Below are positions 1 through 12,822 of a stretch of DNA of 64,000 nucleotides, piece after piece. Position 1 is the first letter of the stretch. The number at the start of each line of letters is the position of its first letter. The notes under the pieces are model-generated. The model ran no database searches, was not told where the DNA came from, and saw nothing but the letters and a program-made list of their open reading frames with translations. Source of the stretch: Gammaproteobacteria bacterium (GTDB lineage: Bacteria > Pseudomonadota > Gammaproteobacteria > Eutrophobiales > Eutrophobiaceae); contig CBDCDS010000003.1 of NCBI GenBank assembly GCA_965215365.1, positions 736,001 through 800,000 of the forward strand, given 5' to 3'. A program made the position numbers and the translations under genes.

Positions 1-117
1 CTTAGCGTTAACGACGGAGGGTTTTTGACCGACGCCGCGCAGGGAATGGCCCGCGCCCTTGCCAAGCGGCGTAACGCCGCGAGCGACCGCTTCCCGGCCG
101 CCCGAAGGGTAAATTTA

Positions 118-160
118 GGGAACCTCTAAAAATACCCTCTGTGGTATTTTAGAGGTTCCC
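118..160. repeat. Hairpin of the dispersed GGNRCCTCTRAAAA repeat family (MITE-end-like; may act as terminator)
   Basis: GGGAACCTCTAAAAATACC-ctctgt-GGTATTTTAGAGGTTCCC; related ends at 25732, 28233, 41016, 41084, 57600. Confidence 0.65.
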
Positions 161-167
161 ATAACTG

Positions 168-827
168 CTATTCCGGCTGCGGCACTATCCTCAGATAGGG
201 TTTGGGTGCCTTCCAGCCGTGCGGGAATTTTTCTCTGGCGGCCTCGTCGGAAACTGCGGGCACGATGATCACGTCCTCGCCCTGGCGCCAGTTGACCGGA
301 GTTGCGACCTTGTGCTGCGCTGTCAGCTGAATGGAATCCAGCACCCGCAGCACTTCGTCAAAGTTCCTGCCGGTGCTCATGGGATAGGTGATGATCAGCT
401 TGATCAGTTTGTCCGGGCCGATGATGAACACGGAACGGATGGTGGCATTATCCGTGGCGCTGCGCTGTTTGGCCTGACCGCTGGCGTTGGGGTGGATCAT
501 GTCGTAGAGCTTGGCGACCTGCAGGTCGCTGTCGCCGATCAACGGGTAATTCACCGCATGGCCCTGGGTTTCCTCAATATCGTTCAACCAGGCATTGTGA
601 TCTGCAACTGAGTCGATGCTCAGGCCGATCACCTTGGTGTTGCGTTTGTCAAATTCCGGCTTGAGCCCGGCCATGTAACCCAGTTCCGTGGTACACACGG
701 GCGTGAAATCCTTGGGATGAGAGAACAGGATGGCGTAGCCGTCGCCGATCCAGTCATGAAAATTAAGCGTCCCTTCAGTCGTTTCCACGGTGAAGTCAGG
801 CGCTTCGTCACCAATTCTTAAAGGCAT
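168..827 (-). CDS. 1-Cys peroxiredoxin (Prx6 family)
   Basis: FSHPKDFTPVCTTE active-site motif; C-terminal ATPVNW and PYLR. Confidence 0.95.
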   Translation of the reverse strand: MPLRIGDEAPDFTVETTEGTLNFHDWIGDGYAILFSHPKDFTPVCTTELGYMAGLKPEFDKRNTKVIGLSIDSVADHNAWLNDIEETQGHAVNYPLIGDSDLQVAKLYDMIHPNASGQAKQRSATDNATIRSVFIIGPDKLIKLIITYPMSTGRNFDEVLRVLDSIQLTAQHKVATPVNWRQGEDVIIVPAVSDEAAREKFPHGWKAPKPYLRIVPQPE

Positions 828-915
828 GTCATTTCTCCGGCGGGTTTCTGCTTTGGCAACGATTATAGCAGAGTCCGAATGTCGATGGTAACGGAAACTG
901 GCCTGACGGTTTACT

Positions 916-1875
916 TCAACACCTCCGACAAATCAGCATGGCCCGCTGCGGGGCCGGGTGGCCTTCGATGGTGAGGGTAGGGTTTTGCGGGTCCAGGAAG
1001 TCGGCCAGGGATTGCTCGAAAGTCCACTCGGTGACGCGCTGTTCGGCGGAGGTGGTGCGGGAGATGTCGGCAATGTCGATAGTTGTGAAGCCGGCGTCAG
1101 ACAGCCAGCCCTGCAAGGTGTTGACTGACGGGATAGCCCGGATATTGCGCATTTTGGCGTAGCGTCCTTGCGGGTGCAGGACTGCGCCGTGCCGGGTGTC
1201 GATGATCAACGATTCCAGCACCAGTTCGCCGCCGGGGCGCAGCCATTGCCGTAGCTCGCGCAGGTGGTTTTCCGGGTCGCGGCGGTGATATATGACACCC
1301 ATGGAGAACACGGTGTCGAAGCCCTCATGGGGAAGCAGCGGCGTTGTTGCGGTACCGTCTGCGGTGCAGGGTGGTTGGCGGATGCGCGCGGCCTGCTCCG
1401 GTAGGTCTTCTAGGGAAAATGGCAGGATTTGGAAAGGCGCATCCGGCAGGTATTTGGCTACGGCGCGCTGCTGCATGACGTAACGCAGAGTGGGGTCAGC
1501 TCCCAGTACCCGCGCGGCGCCGGCGCCCAGCATACGCCAGCCGTAGTAGCCGTTACCGCAACCGACATCGAGCACGGCGCGACCGGATAACGGCGTTATC
1601 CGGCGCTGCAACCGCCGCCATTTCAGATCGGCGCGCCACTCCGCGTCGAGGTCCACACCAAACAGGTTGAACGGCCCCTTGCGCCAGGGCAGCAGCCGTT
1701 GCAGTTGTTGCCGGATGATCGCGCGCTGGGCCGGGCTGCAGTCATCGGGGCAGCCGATTTGCACCGTGTCGGTATCCAGCCTGATCCGCGCCGGGCTGAG
1801 CTGCGGGAGTTTGTCGATGGCGTCCTGCCAGGACGGGTAGTCGCCGTGGCGCCGCAGGTATGGAAGAATGTCCAT
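916..1875 (-). CDS. cmoB: tRNA U34 carboxymethyltransferase
   Basis: PWRKGPF, DAEWRADLKW, VLDVGCGNGYY, FSMGVIYHRRDP, RYAKMRN motifs. Confidence 0.93.
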   Translation of the reverse strand: MDILPYLRRHGDYPSWQDAIDKLPQLSPARIRLDTDTVQIGCPDDCSPAQRAIIRQQLQRLLPWRKGPFNLFGVDLDAEWRADLKWRRLQRRITPLSGRAVLDVGCGNGYYGWRMLGAGAARVLGADPTLRYVMQQRAVAKYLPDAPFQILPFSLEDLPEQAARIRQPPCTADGTATTPLLPHEGFDTVFSMGVIYHRRDPENHLRELRQWLRPGGELVLESLIIDTRHGAVLHPQGRYAKMRNIRAIPSVNTLQGWLSDAGFTTIDIADISRTTSAEQRVTEWTFEQSLADFLDPQNPTLTIEGHPAPQRAMLICRRC

Positions 1876-1906
1876 GTCGTTTCCTCCGGTCCGGTCAAGT
1901 CACAAC

Positions 1907-1954
1907 CAACTCTGTTCGTCATTCCTGCTTGTGCAGGAATGACGAACAGAGTTG
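1907..1954. repeat. REP-like perfect palindrome
   Basis: 22-bp arms CAACTCTGTTCGTCATTCCTGC / GCAGGAATGACGAACAGAGTTG with 4-nt loop; GGAATGAC cores recur near 63110-63175. Confidence 0.75.
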
Positions 1955-1967
1955 CACCAACAAGAAA

Positions 1968-2939
1968 CTAACCGTTTCCAGACCCGCCAATGTGTCTCTC
2001 CCCGCGACGCTCAGCCAGTTGTACCTGACGCTGCCGCTCACGGAAACGCTGACGCTGTTGTGGCGTCAGCCGGTCGTGGCAATGGGGACAGGAAACGCCC
2101 GGCTGGTATTGTGCCGAGGCCATGTCGGCCTCGGTAATCGGGTGACGGCAGGCAAAACATTGCTCATAGCCGCCTTCGGCAAGCTCATGGTTGACCGCAA
2201 CCCGGCCGTCGAATACAAAACATTCGCCGTCCCACAGGCTGGTTTCCCTGTCGGTCTGCTGCAGGTAGTTGAGGATGCCGCCCTGCAACTGTACGACCTC
2301 CTCGAAGCCCTGAGACAACAGGTATGCAGAAGCCTTCTCACAACGTATGCCGCCGGTGCAGAACATGGCGATGCGGGTATGCTTACCGGAGTCTAGGTGT
2401 TTTTCCACGTAAGCCGGGAACTCCCGGAACGTTTCCGTCTGTGGCGCCAGCGCGTTGCGGAAGCTGCCGATATCTGATTCATAGCGGTTGCGCACATCCA
2501 GCACCAGGGTGTCGGGTTGGCTGATCACCTCATTCCATTGCGCCGGTTCGATGTGCCTGCCGCTGTGCTGTTCCGGGTCGATACCCTTAACGCCCATAGC
2601 GACGAGCTCCTGCCTGAGTTTCACCTTCATCCGATGGAACGGACACTCGTGCGCCGGCGCTTGCTGGTGCGCCAGGTCGGCAAAGCGGGGTTGCGCGCGC
2701 AGATAGTCGAGGATGGCGTCGATAGCATCCCTGCTGCCGGCAATGGTACCGTTAATGCCTTCGGGCGCCAGCAGGAAGGTGCCCTTGAGCGCCAGTGTAC
2801 GGCAACGCGCCAGCAACGGTTGCCGCAATGCCCTGAAGTCCGGCAGGCTGACGAACTTGTACAGCGCGGCGACGACAAAGTTGCTATCTGCGTTAATCTG
2901 CGTCATCTGCGTCATCTGCGGACGACATTCAATGCCCAT
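1968..2939 (-). CDS. trhO: tRNA uridine(34) hydroxylase, rhodanese-related (YceA/TrhO)
   Basis: ALYKFV, LAPEGINGT, LDVRNRYE, MFCTGGIRCEKAS, GECFVFDGRV; exact start uncertain. Confidence 0.92.
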   Translation of the reverse strand: MGIECRPQMTQMTQINADSNFVVAALYKFVSLPDFRALRQPLLARCRTLALKGTFLLAPEGINGTIAGSRDAIDAILDYLRAQPRFADLAHQQAPAHECPFHRMKVKLRQELVAMGVKGIDPEQHSGRHIEPAQWNEVISQPDTLVLDVRNRYESDIGSFRNALAPQTETFREFPAYVEKHLDSGKHTRIAMFCTGGIRCEKASAYLLSQGFEEVVQLQGGILNYLQQTDRETSLWDGECFVFDGRVAVNHELAEGGYEQCFACRHPITEADMASAQYQPGVSCPHCHDRLTPQQRQRFRERQRQVQLAERRGERHIGGSGNG

Positions 2940-4701
2940 GGGCTACCCCGGCGCCGGCTGGGATGCGCACATCATCGACCAGGGCCTTGACGTGTTCCGG
3001 CGGTTGCGCAGTGAACCGGCTGACGCTGAACGCAACCGCGAAGTTGACCGCCATACCGATGCTGCCGATACCCTCCGGCGAGATGCCCAGCCACCAGTTG
3101 TCCGGGGTGCTGGCGGCGGGGTTGATGAACTTGAACCAGATGATATACCCGGCGGTGAACAACAGGCCGCTCAACATACCGGCAATGGCGCCTTCACGAT
3201 TCATGTTGCGCACGAATATCCCTAAGAAAATGGCGGGGAACAGCGACGCCGCGGCCAGCCCGAACGCGAACGCGATCACCTGGGCAACGAATCCCGGTGG
3301 ATTGATGCCCAGGTAGCCGGCAAAGCACACCGCCAGCGCCGCGGCAATGCGGGCATAGGACAGTTCCTGCTTTTCATTGATGGCCGGCATCAGGGTCTTT
3401 TTGAGCAGGTCATGGGAGATGGATGTGGACACCACCAGCAGCAGTCCTGCCGCCGTGGACAAGGCCGCAGCCAAGGCCCCGGCCGCCACCAGTGCCAACA
3501 CCCAGGGGGGCAAGTCGGCCAGCTCCGGGCTGGCCAGCATGATGATGTCGCGGTCCACATACACCTCATTGGCGTTGTCCAGCGGCGTGTTGTCCACCAG
3601 TTTCTGGCCGTGCTCACCGCGTCCGGCGGCGAACTCCGGCGCGCCCTCAAACGGGGCGCCGGCGGCATATTGAATCCGGCCATCCTCATTTTTGTCCAGC
3701 CAGGCAATCAGGCCGATATCTTCCCAGGTCTTCACCCAGGACGGCGCTTGCTGGTAGGCAGTGTTGTTGACCGTGTCGATGAAGTTCAGCCGGGCGAACG
3801 CGGCCAGCGCCGGCGCCGTGGTGTATAACAGGGCAATGAAGACCAGCGCGTAGCCTGCGGACTTGCGCGCATCGGACACCTTGGGTACGGTAAAGAAACG
3901 CACGATGACGTGCGGCAGGCCGGCGGTGCCGGCCATCAGCACCAGGGTGATGGTAAACATGTCGATCATGCTTTTGCTGCCGTCGGTGTAGGGCGCAAAC
4001 CCCAGCTCCACCAGTACCTGGTCCAGTTTTTCCAGCACGCGCAGACCGGAGCCGTCCTGGACCTCGGCGGCCAGCCCCAGTTGCGGCACCGGGTTGCCCG
4101 TGACCAGCAGCGAAACAAAGATGGCCGGGGTAAGATAGGCGCAGATCATGACGCAATACTGTGCCACCTGGGTGTAGGTGATGCCTTTCATACCACCCAG
4201 CACGGCGTAGCAGAACACCACCGCCATGCCGATGATCACCCCGGTCGTGATCTCCACTTCTAGGAACCGGGAGAACACCACGCCGACCCCGCGCATTTGC
4301 CCGGCCACATAGGTAAAACAGATAAAAATCAGGCAGACTACGGCCACCACGCGCGCCGCGCCGGAGTAATAGCGCTCGCCGATAAAGTCCGGCACGGTAT
4401 ATTGGCCGAATTTGCGCAGATAGGGCGCCAGCAGCAGCGCCAGCAACACGTAGCCGCCGGTCCAGCCCATCAGATAGACCGAACCGTCATAACCGGCGAA
4501 GGCGATCATGCCGGCAATGGAGATGAAGGAAGCAGCGCTCATCCAGTCCGCCGCAGTCGCCATACCGTTGGTCAACGGATGCACCCCGCCGCCGGCCACG
4601 TAGAAGTCCCTAGTTGACCCGGCCCGGGACCCGATCGCAATACCGATGTAGAGCGCAAACGTCAGCGCGACTACGATATAGATCAGCATTTGCGGGGTCA
4701 T
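2929..4701 (-). CDS. Sodium:solute symporter, ActP-like cation/acetate symporter
   Basis: NGMATAADWMSAASFIS, GTAGLPHVIVRFFTVP, many transmembrane segments. Confidence 0.9.
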   Translation of the reverse strand: MTPQMLIYIVVALTFALYIGIAIGSRAGSTRDFYVAGGGVHPLTNGMATAADWMSAASFISIAGMIAFAGYDGSVYLMGWTGGYVLLALLLAPYLRKFGQYTVPDFIGERYYSGAARVVAVVCLIFICFTYVAGQMRGVGVVFSRFLEVEITTGVIIGMAVVFCYAVLGGMKGITYTQVAQYCVMICAYLTPAIFVSLLVTGNPVPQLGLAAEVQDGSGLRVLEKLDQVLVELGFAPYTDGSKSMIDMFTITLVLMAGTAGLPHVIVRFFTVPKVSDARKSAGYALVFIALLYTTAPALAAFARLNFIDTVNNTAYQQAPSWVKTWEDIGLIAWLDKNEDGRIQYAAGAPFEGAPEFAAGRGEHGQKLVDNTPLDNANEVYVDRDIIMLASPELADLPPWVLALVAAGALAAALSTAAGLLLVVSTSISHDLLKKTLMPAINEKQELSYARIAAALAVCFAGYLGINPPGFVAQVIAFAFGLAAASLFPAIFLGIFVRNMNREGAIAGMLSGLLFTAGYIIWFKFINPAASTPDNWWLGISPEGIGSIGMAVNFAVAFSVSRFTAQPPEHVKALVDDVRIPAGAGVAHGH

Positions 4702-5108
4702 CGCTGCTCCCCCTGCTGCTTGTTGTTGGTATTATCATCGTCCACGCCAAAGCGGCGGTCGATCCTGCCGATAACAGCCACATACACGAAAATCAGGATC
4801 ACGAACACGTAGATGGAACCCTGTTGCGCCCACCAGAAGCCCAGCTTGAACCCGAACAGGCTGAAGCGATTCAACCAATCCACCAACAGGATGCCGAAGC
4901 CGTAGGAGACGGTGAACCAGACCGCCAGCAACGTCAGCAGCAAGCGCACGTTGGCGCGCCAATAAGCCTTGGCGTGGGCCTCCGTCAGCGCCTCATCGTC
5001 ATGGGCACCGGGTGCCGGCAGGTTGTCCGCCTGATGGTGATAGACCGCCGGTTCGCTGCTGTTTTTTTCGGGGGTGTCTGGCATTGTTTGGCGCTCGGTT
5101 GGGGTCAC
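4698..5108 (-). CDS. DUF4212 symporter small subunit
   Basis: YWRANVRLL...LGFWWAQQGSIYVFV; overlaps the symporter start. Confidence 0.88.
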   Translation of the reverse strand: MTPTERQTMPDTPEKNSSEPAVYHHQADNLPAPGAHDDEALTEAHAKAYWRANVRLLLTLLAVWFTVSYGFGILLVDWLNRFSLFGFKLGFWWAQQGSIYVFVILIFVYVAVIGRIDRRFGVDDDNTNNKQQGEQR

Positions 5109-5169
5109 CTGTGATCATTTGTGAGGTAGCCTGTACACAACGATGTTAATCATACACCACCGGTGCCCG

Positions 5170-8446
<3,277 letters not shown>

Positions 8447-8606
8447 ATACCTCTTTTGGATTCAACCCTATAGCTTCAGCATAGCGTTTAATCAAACGGG
8501 GAATATCGGAATGGTGCAAGGGATTACCTCTTATTGCACCTCCACGTCGCATGGTCTGAAACAGGTAACCGTGGGTGATTCCGGCGGCATCTATCCATGT
8601 CTGTAA
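8447..8606 (-). pseudogene. Tyrosine recombinase (Cre-like) internal fragment
   Basis: Manual translation LQTWIDAAGITHGYLFQTMRRGGAIRGNPLHHSDIPRLIKRYAEAIGLNPKEV, the segment that normally precedes the HxxR motif. Confidence 0.7.
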
Positions 8607-8694
8607 TCTGTAACTGATTGATTATTTTGATTTTGCATCATTTTGGAGCCCCTGATAACTCGTTTTCAAGAGCGCTTGATTAAAACATGGTTAT

Positions 8695-9138
8695 TGTGCT
8701 TATCACGCAGAATTTGAGCGGGAGAAGATTATCTGGGGGAATCTTTCGGTCATTCCGAGATTTTGTGTGGATACCGATGCCAGCTATATATCCGCGCCAA
8801 CCAATCTTCTTACTGGCATACGACATATCAAATATATCGCAGGAATTCTAAACAGCAGGTGTTGTTATTGGGAAATGAGACAATTAGCGTACAGCAGAGA
8901 ACAGGGATACATGGAATACAAAAAAATCTTTGTAGAACAAATTCATATCCCTGAAAAAACATGCCAGAATTCCCCGATCATATTCGAAATAGAAAATCTT
9001 GTGGGTAAGATTCAGATCGCCAAAAGTGAAAACTCTGATACTGCTCAAATTGAACGTCAAATAGATACGCTTGTGTATGATCTATACGGTCTGACAAATG
9101 ATGAAAGAAATATCGTTGCTAATTTCGGGTATTCGTAA
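8695..9138 (+). pseudogene. Orphan C-terminal specificity (TaqI_C-like) fragment of a type IIG RM enzyme
   Basis: EFEREKIIWGNL...KYIAGILNS...IERQIDTLVYDLYGLTNDE; no MTase motifs upstream. Confidence 0.75.
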
Positions 9139-9151
9139 TAGGTTATGGGAA

Positions 9152-9871
9152 ATGTACCGGATAAACACCCAACCCACGCTTGTCATCGCTGCCAACGTAC
9201 AACCTGCCTTGGAACAGGTTGCCCCATTGTTTCAAAAAGCGCTGGGTCCCAATATCGACAAACTCCAGCTCGGCGGCGGCACGGTCCTGGCATCGCGCTG
9301 GCAACACCGCACCAGTACAGACTTGGATTTCTTTCTCCACGGTGACAATCAAGCCAGCGTCGCCGTACTGTTATCTACCATCAGCAGAACCATACAAGCA
9401 CACGCTGATACCCATTCGCTGACTCAGATTCAAATAGCGGGACACCATCTCAGTTTCAAACTGCAAGGCACCCAAACCAGTCTGTTTACCACGCCCCCGC
9501 TCACCAACGTACCATCCATGCAACGCGAGCATTCAACCCGCATTTTGCTGGAGCCTACCGAAGAAATACTCGCCAAGAAATTACACGGACGAATCATCGG
9601 TAATGGCGAATTTACCAAACGGGACTTTTATGACTTCTGCATCGCTAATCTACGCGAGCCTGAAGCACTTAATGCCGTCATAAACAACCTCGGCAACGGC
9701 AAGGAAATGATCCACGCAGAACTGGAAAATAAATACCGTTCCGAGTCGATAAAAGAAGCAGAAAACAGCGCGCCATTATTAAACCCAACTTATCCCGACA
9801 TTGCCGAACAACTCTGGGATCGAGCAGCCGAGCTATTCCAGAACGAATCGAAATTGAAATGGTCGAAATAA
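9152..9871 (+). CDS. AbiEii/AbiGii-family nucleotidyltransferase toxin
   Basis: LGGGTVLASRWQHRTSTDLDFF, EILAKKL, RDFYD motifs; start uncertain. Confidence 0.85.
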   Translation: MYRINTQPTLVIAANVQPALEQVAPLFQKALGPNIDKLQLGGGTVLASRWQHRTSTDLDFFLHGDNQASVAVLLSTISRTIQAHADTHSLTQIQIAGHHLSFKLQGTQTSLFTTPPLTNVPSMQREHSTRILLEPTEEILAKKLHGRIIGNGEFTKRDFYDFCIANLREPEALNAVINNLGNGKEMIHAELENKYRSESIKEAENSAPLLNPTYPDIAEQLWDRAAELFQNESKLKWSK

Positions 9872-9892
9872 TCCTGATGATGACATTGAACT

Positions 9893-10315
9893 ATGAACGC
9901 CGGTTTTTTCCCGCCACGCGACCCGCCCTTGCCGCTTGACTGTTTCACCTCCGAGACAGCTCGGGACATAGCGCCATTCAACCCTGCTCCGATCAGTTTT
10001 ATGATCGACAAATACGCTGCCGGGCTGGCTAACCGCCCCACCGCAGAACAGTTGCGAGACTGGATGAACAACGAAACGCCAGTTGCTCATAAGTATCATG
10101 AAACAGTTCAAGACATAGCCGCTAAAATGACAGGGCGGGACCTGATGGTGTTCCGACAGAACTGTGGCGCCTCCATCCGGGGTTTTGCGCACCTGATACA
10201 CGAGACCGGCGCGTACAGTGACATCGTGGTGCACTACATCGACAGTTGGTCCGACATCGGAGATCCCCGCCCGCGCTGGGACCGTGGCTACGCCGGGTCC
10301 CGCATCGGCATGTAA
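9893..10315 (+). CDS. Hypothetical protein, possible AbiEii partner
   Basis: 140-aa ORF 21 nt downstream of the toxin on the same strand. Confidence 0.5.
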   Translation: MNAGFFPPRDPPLPLDCFTSETARDIAPFNPAPISFMIDKYAAGLANRPTAEQLRDWMNNETPVAHKYHETVQDIAAKMTGRDLMVFRQNCGASIRGFAHLIHETGAYSDIVVHYIDSWSDIGDPRPRWDRGYAGSRIGM

Positions 10316-10403
10316 CTACTCACAAAAATTACCAAACTCAAAGAGTTTGATACGAAAAAATAAAACAAGAGAAACAATCACAGATTACAAATACCCCTGA
10401 TTT

Positions 10404-10465
10404 CTAAGCAGATTCAACAGTTTTAATTTCCTCATTTGTCAGACCATAAATTTCATATACTTTTC
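10404..10465 (-). pseudogene. Second type IIG C-terminal tail fragment
   Basis: Translates to KVYEIYGLTNEEIKTVESA*; cut by the IS4 end. Confidence 0.6.
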
Positions 10466-11043
10466 CATTAGTGTCCCAAGAATTAATCGAATAGATTCAG
10501 TTGGTTAAGTATATCACGGCGGTCTGTTTTGTGGTCAGTTTGGGTAAGTATTTGATACAGTCAGACTTTTTCAAACAGGGTCAGGCTTAATATCTGTAAT
10601 ATTGTGTAGAGTTCGGTAGGCAGATCGAGCCGTTTTTTGATGATGGCGACCAGGACATAAACGCCAATAGCGGTCCGGATTTGGGTTTTCACAGCATTCT
10701 CAGAGGTGCCGAAGAAGGCCTTGATACGCAGGTGTTGTTTGATCCATTTGAAGAACAACTCGACCTGCCACCGGCAACGATACAAATCGGCAATGGTGAC
10801 GGCCGGCAGGGTCAAGTTGTGGGTGAGGAACACCCGTGTTTTGCCGGTGTTGGCATCGTGATAGCGGATACGACGCAGGGTGTCGGGATAGCGCGGTGCG
10901 GAGCGTTGGCCGGTCAGCACGCCGGTCTGGTCGATGCGGCGGGAGTAGCGGCGCGCAAACTTGAGGTTGGACTTGGCTCGGATTACGAACAAGGCCGAGG
11001 CTAAGGTGAGGCCATGCAGTCGTTCGAAGTCGAGGTAGGCACG
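10466..11043 (-). mobile_element. Truncated IS4-family element (3' half of transposase plus right end)
   Basis: YRCRWQVELFFKWIKQHLRIKAFFGTSENAVKTQI; NQLNLFD* tail followed by the IR CATTAGTGTCCC. Confidence 0.85.
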
Positions 11044-11126
11044 GTCCACGACTTCGTAGCGGCATGGAACAAGGTAATGGACCTCGACCGGTTTGATATC
11101 GACTGAGTGCAATAGGAGGGTTCCTC
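11044..11126 (+). repeat. 83-bp direct repeat, copy 2 (katG 3' end)
   Basis: Matches 8364-8446; continues into the palindrome TCCTCGGGCAGGCCTGCCCGAGGA. Confidence 0.9.
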
Positions 11127-11181
11127 GGGCAGGCCTGCCCGAGGACATTGGATGTCTGCGTGTCAATATTGGCCTGAAGCT

Positions 11182-11925
11182 CTACCCCGTCAGGGGGGAA
11201 AAATCCTCACCGCTCATAGGCTCGTGGTGTTCCCAACGGCCGCGCACTTCGATCAAAACCCGTTGACTGGACGGCGCAGGTTGGGGGTTGACCCTTACAA
11301 CCCGCGCTGAATATTCCGGGGATTCGTTCATGGCCGCAGCCAAGTCCCCTACCAGATAACGCGGCGCCCACCCGATCATGTGATAGTCAGTTGTCTGAAT
11401 CTGTACCGCCAGCCTGGTCGCCGGATTGGTCAGTTCCAAGGTCAGGTAAAGCTCTTCATCCGGCTCTAATTTGTTAACGCGAGCTTGAGCAGCATCACTG
11501 GCGCGCAACCAACTGTGCAAAAAGAACCGACAGGTGAACTGGCCGGTATCATCCTTGCTGATTTTCGGGAACACTTCGTAAGCGTCTGTTACCCGCCGTC
11601 CTCCATTTACCGACAGAATCTGGATGGGATCAGCCTTGTCCGGGTAACCAAGATTGTGAAGATAATCGGAAAAGTCCGGTCTTTTCTGATTCATAACCCG
11701 ATTCTGAAACAACGGAAATAAATACGAGGACTGGTAGTCCCGCTCCAGCGAGGGAAACTCAATCAGCAAAGGAAAACCCGCTTGCTCCTGCGCGTGTCTG
11801 GCCCCACCAATGTAGCGGAAACGGTAGGAGGGACGTTCAAGGTCGGCATCAAGACGTCCAATCGGAAACCACGCCTTGCTATGCCCCTTGTCCTGCCAGG
11901 CCAGAAATAAGGTTCGTTCATTCAC
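11182..11925 (-). CDS. HipS-like/HIRAN-domain protein
   Basis: LFLAWQD...PIGRL...LFPLFQNRVM...RPDF N-terminal domain plus HIRAN-like LELTNP...IGWAPRYL; GTG start overlaps the kinase stop. Confidence 0.75.
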   Translation of the reverse strand: MNERTLFLAWQDKGHSKAWFPIGRLDADLERPSYRFRYIGGARHAQEQAGFPLLIEFPSLERDYQSSYLFPLFQNRVMNQKRPDFSDYLHNLGYPDKADPIQILSVNGGRRVTDAYEVFPKISKDDTGQFTCRFFLHSWLRASDAAQARVNKLEPDEELYLTLELTNPATRLAVQIQTTDYHMIGWAPRYLVGDLAAAMNESPEYSARVVRVNPQPAPSSQRVLIEVRGRWEHHEPMSGEDFSPLTG

Positions 11926-12818
11926 TGGAATATTTTCCGTAAACAACTCAGATTGTAACACAGCAACGCAATAGCAAATTTCCTTGCCGATATTGACATC
12001 CAATTATCAGGAATACGGTAAACGATGTCTTCGAGGGCGTTTTCACTGACTCTTTTTAGATTGTTTCCAGATATATGGAAAATCTCCGGATACGAATTGG
12101 TACTTCGTCGTACCAATTCCAACGGGCTCAGGCCATGTCGGTCACCATCTGACCAATATATTGCACCTCGGCCTTTTTCGGCATATTCACCAACGCGATT
12201 TTCCAATAGCAACATTTCACGCCTCTCATCCAGAAGCTCGCGTCCCAGAGAGGAAGCGTGATCGAAGGAGGGTGCCAAAAATCCTTCCCAGCGATCACCC
12301 GACCCCTTGCTAAGCAGTCCCCAATTCTCATGATGCCGGTCTGTATTACCAATTAACGCGTCCAGGATTATATACTCTGCCATACGGCCCTTTGCTTCTA
12401 AAACTGCCGTGTTTTCTGCAAAAACCTTTTCCATCACCTTCCAGATATTCTCCAGTGTGTGCCTCGAATGGTGAAATGTCACATCAGGATCGTAGTTGTG
12501 GACGAACATCGCTAACATCTGATTACCATGGGTCAACTCCCACTCAATACCCATAAAAGTTTCTGATGCGGACCCGTGCTGTCCTTCAAACTCTGCTAAT
12601 TCCACCTTTGCATGTTGAATATTCATTAACTGGGCTATCTCAGCGGCAATCTTCTCCGCCCAATGTTCCCCTGTGCCTGCTTTGGGATATTTAAATAGCC
12701 AGTATCCTTCCTCCTCCCCGGGTGACAGATACCAGAATTTCTTCTTGCTACCCATATCTTCCGGATTCTTTACCCAGTCAAGCAAAACTTCAATTATTTG
12801 ATACCAATCAGACCTCAT
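11922..12818 (-). CDS. HipA-like Ser/Thr kinase (HipA_C/CtkA-like)
   Basis: GSKKKFW, LFKYP, EHWAEKIA, DALIGNTDRHHENWG, LAPSFDHASSLG. Confidence 0.88.
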   Translation of the reverse strand: MRSDWYQIIEVLLDWVKNPEDMGSKKKFWYLSPGEEEGYWLFKYPKAGTGEHWAEKIAAEIAQLMNIQHAKVELAEFEGQHGSASETFMGIEWELTHGNQMLAMFVHNYDPDVTFHHSRHTLENIWKVMEKVFAENTAVLEAKGRMAEYIILDALIGNTDRHHENWGLLSKGSGDRWEGFLAPSFDHASSLGRELLDERREMLLLENRVGEYAEKGRGAIYWSDGDRHGLSPLELVRRSTNSYPEIFHISGNNLKRVSENALEDIVYRIPDNWMSISARKFAIALLCYNLSCLRKIFQ

Positions 12819-12822
12819 ATTG

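Noticed and set aside
8607-8690. IS-end-like sequence (TTTTCAAGAGCGC)
   Set aside because: No second end or matching transposase in the window
11044-11166. N-terminus of the 201-aa IS4 ORF
   Set aside because: It is the antisense read-through of the katG repeat, not transposase sequence
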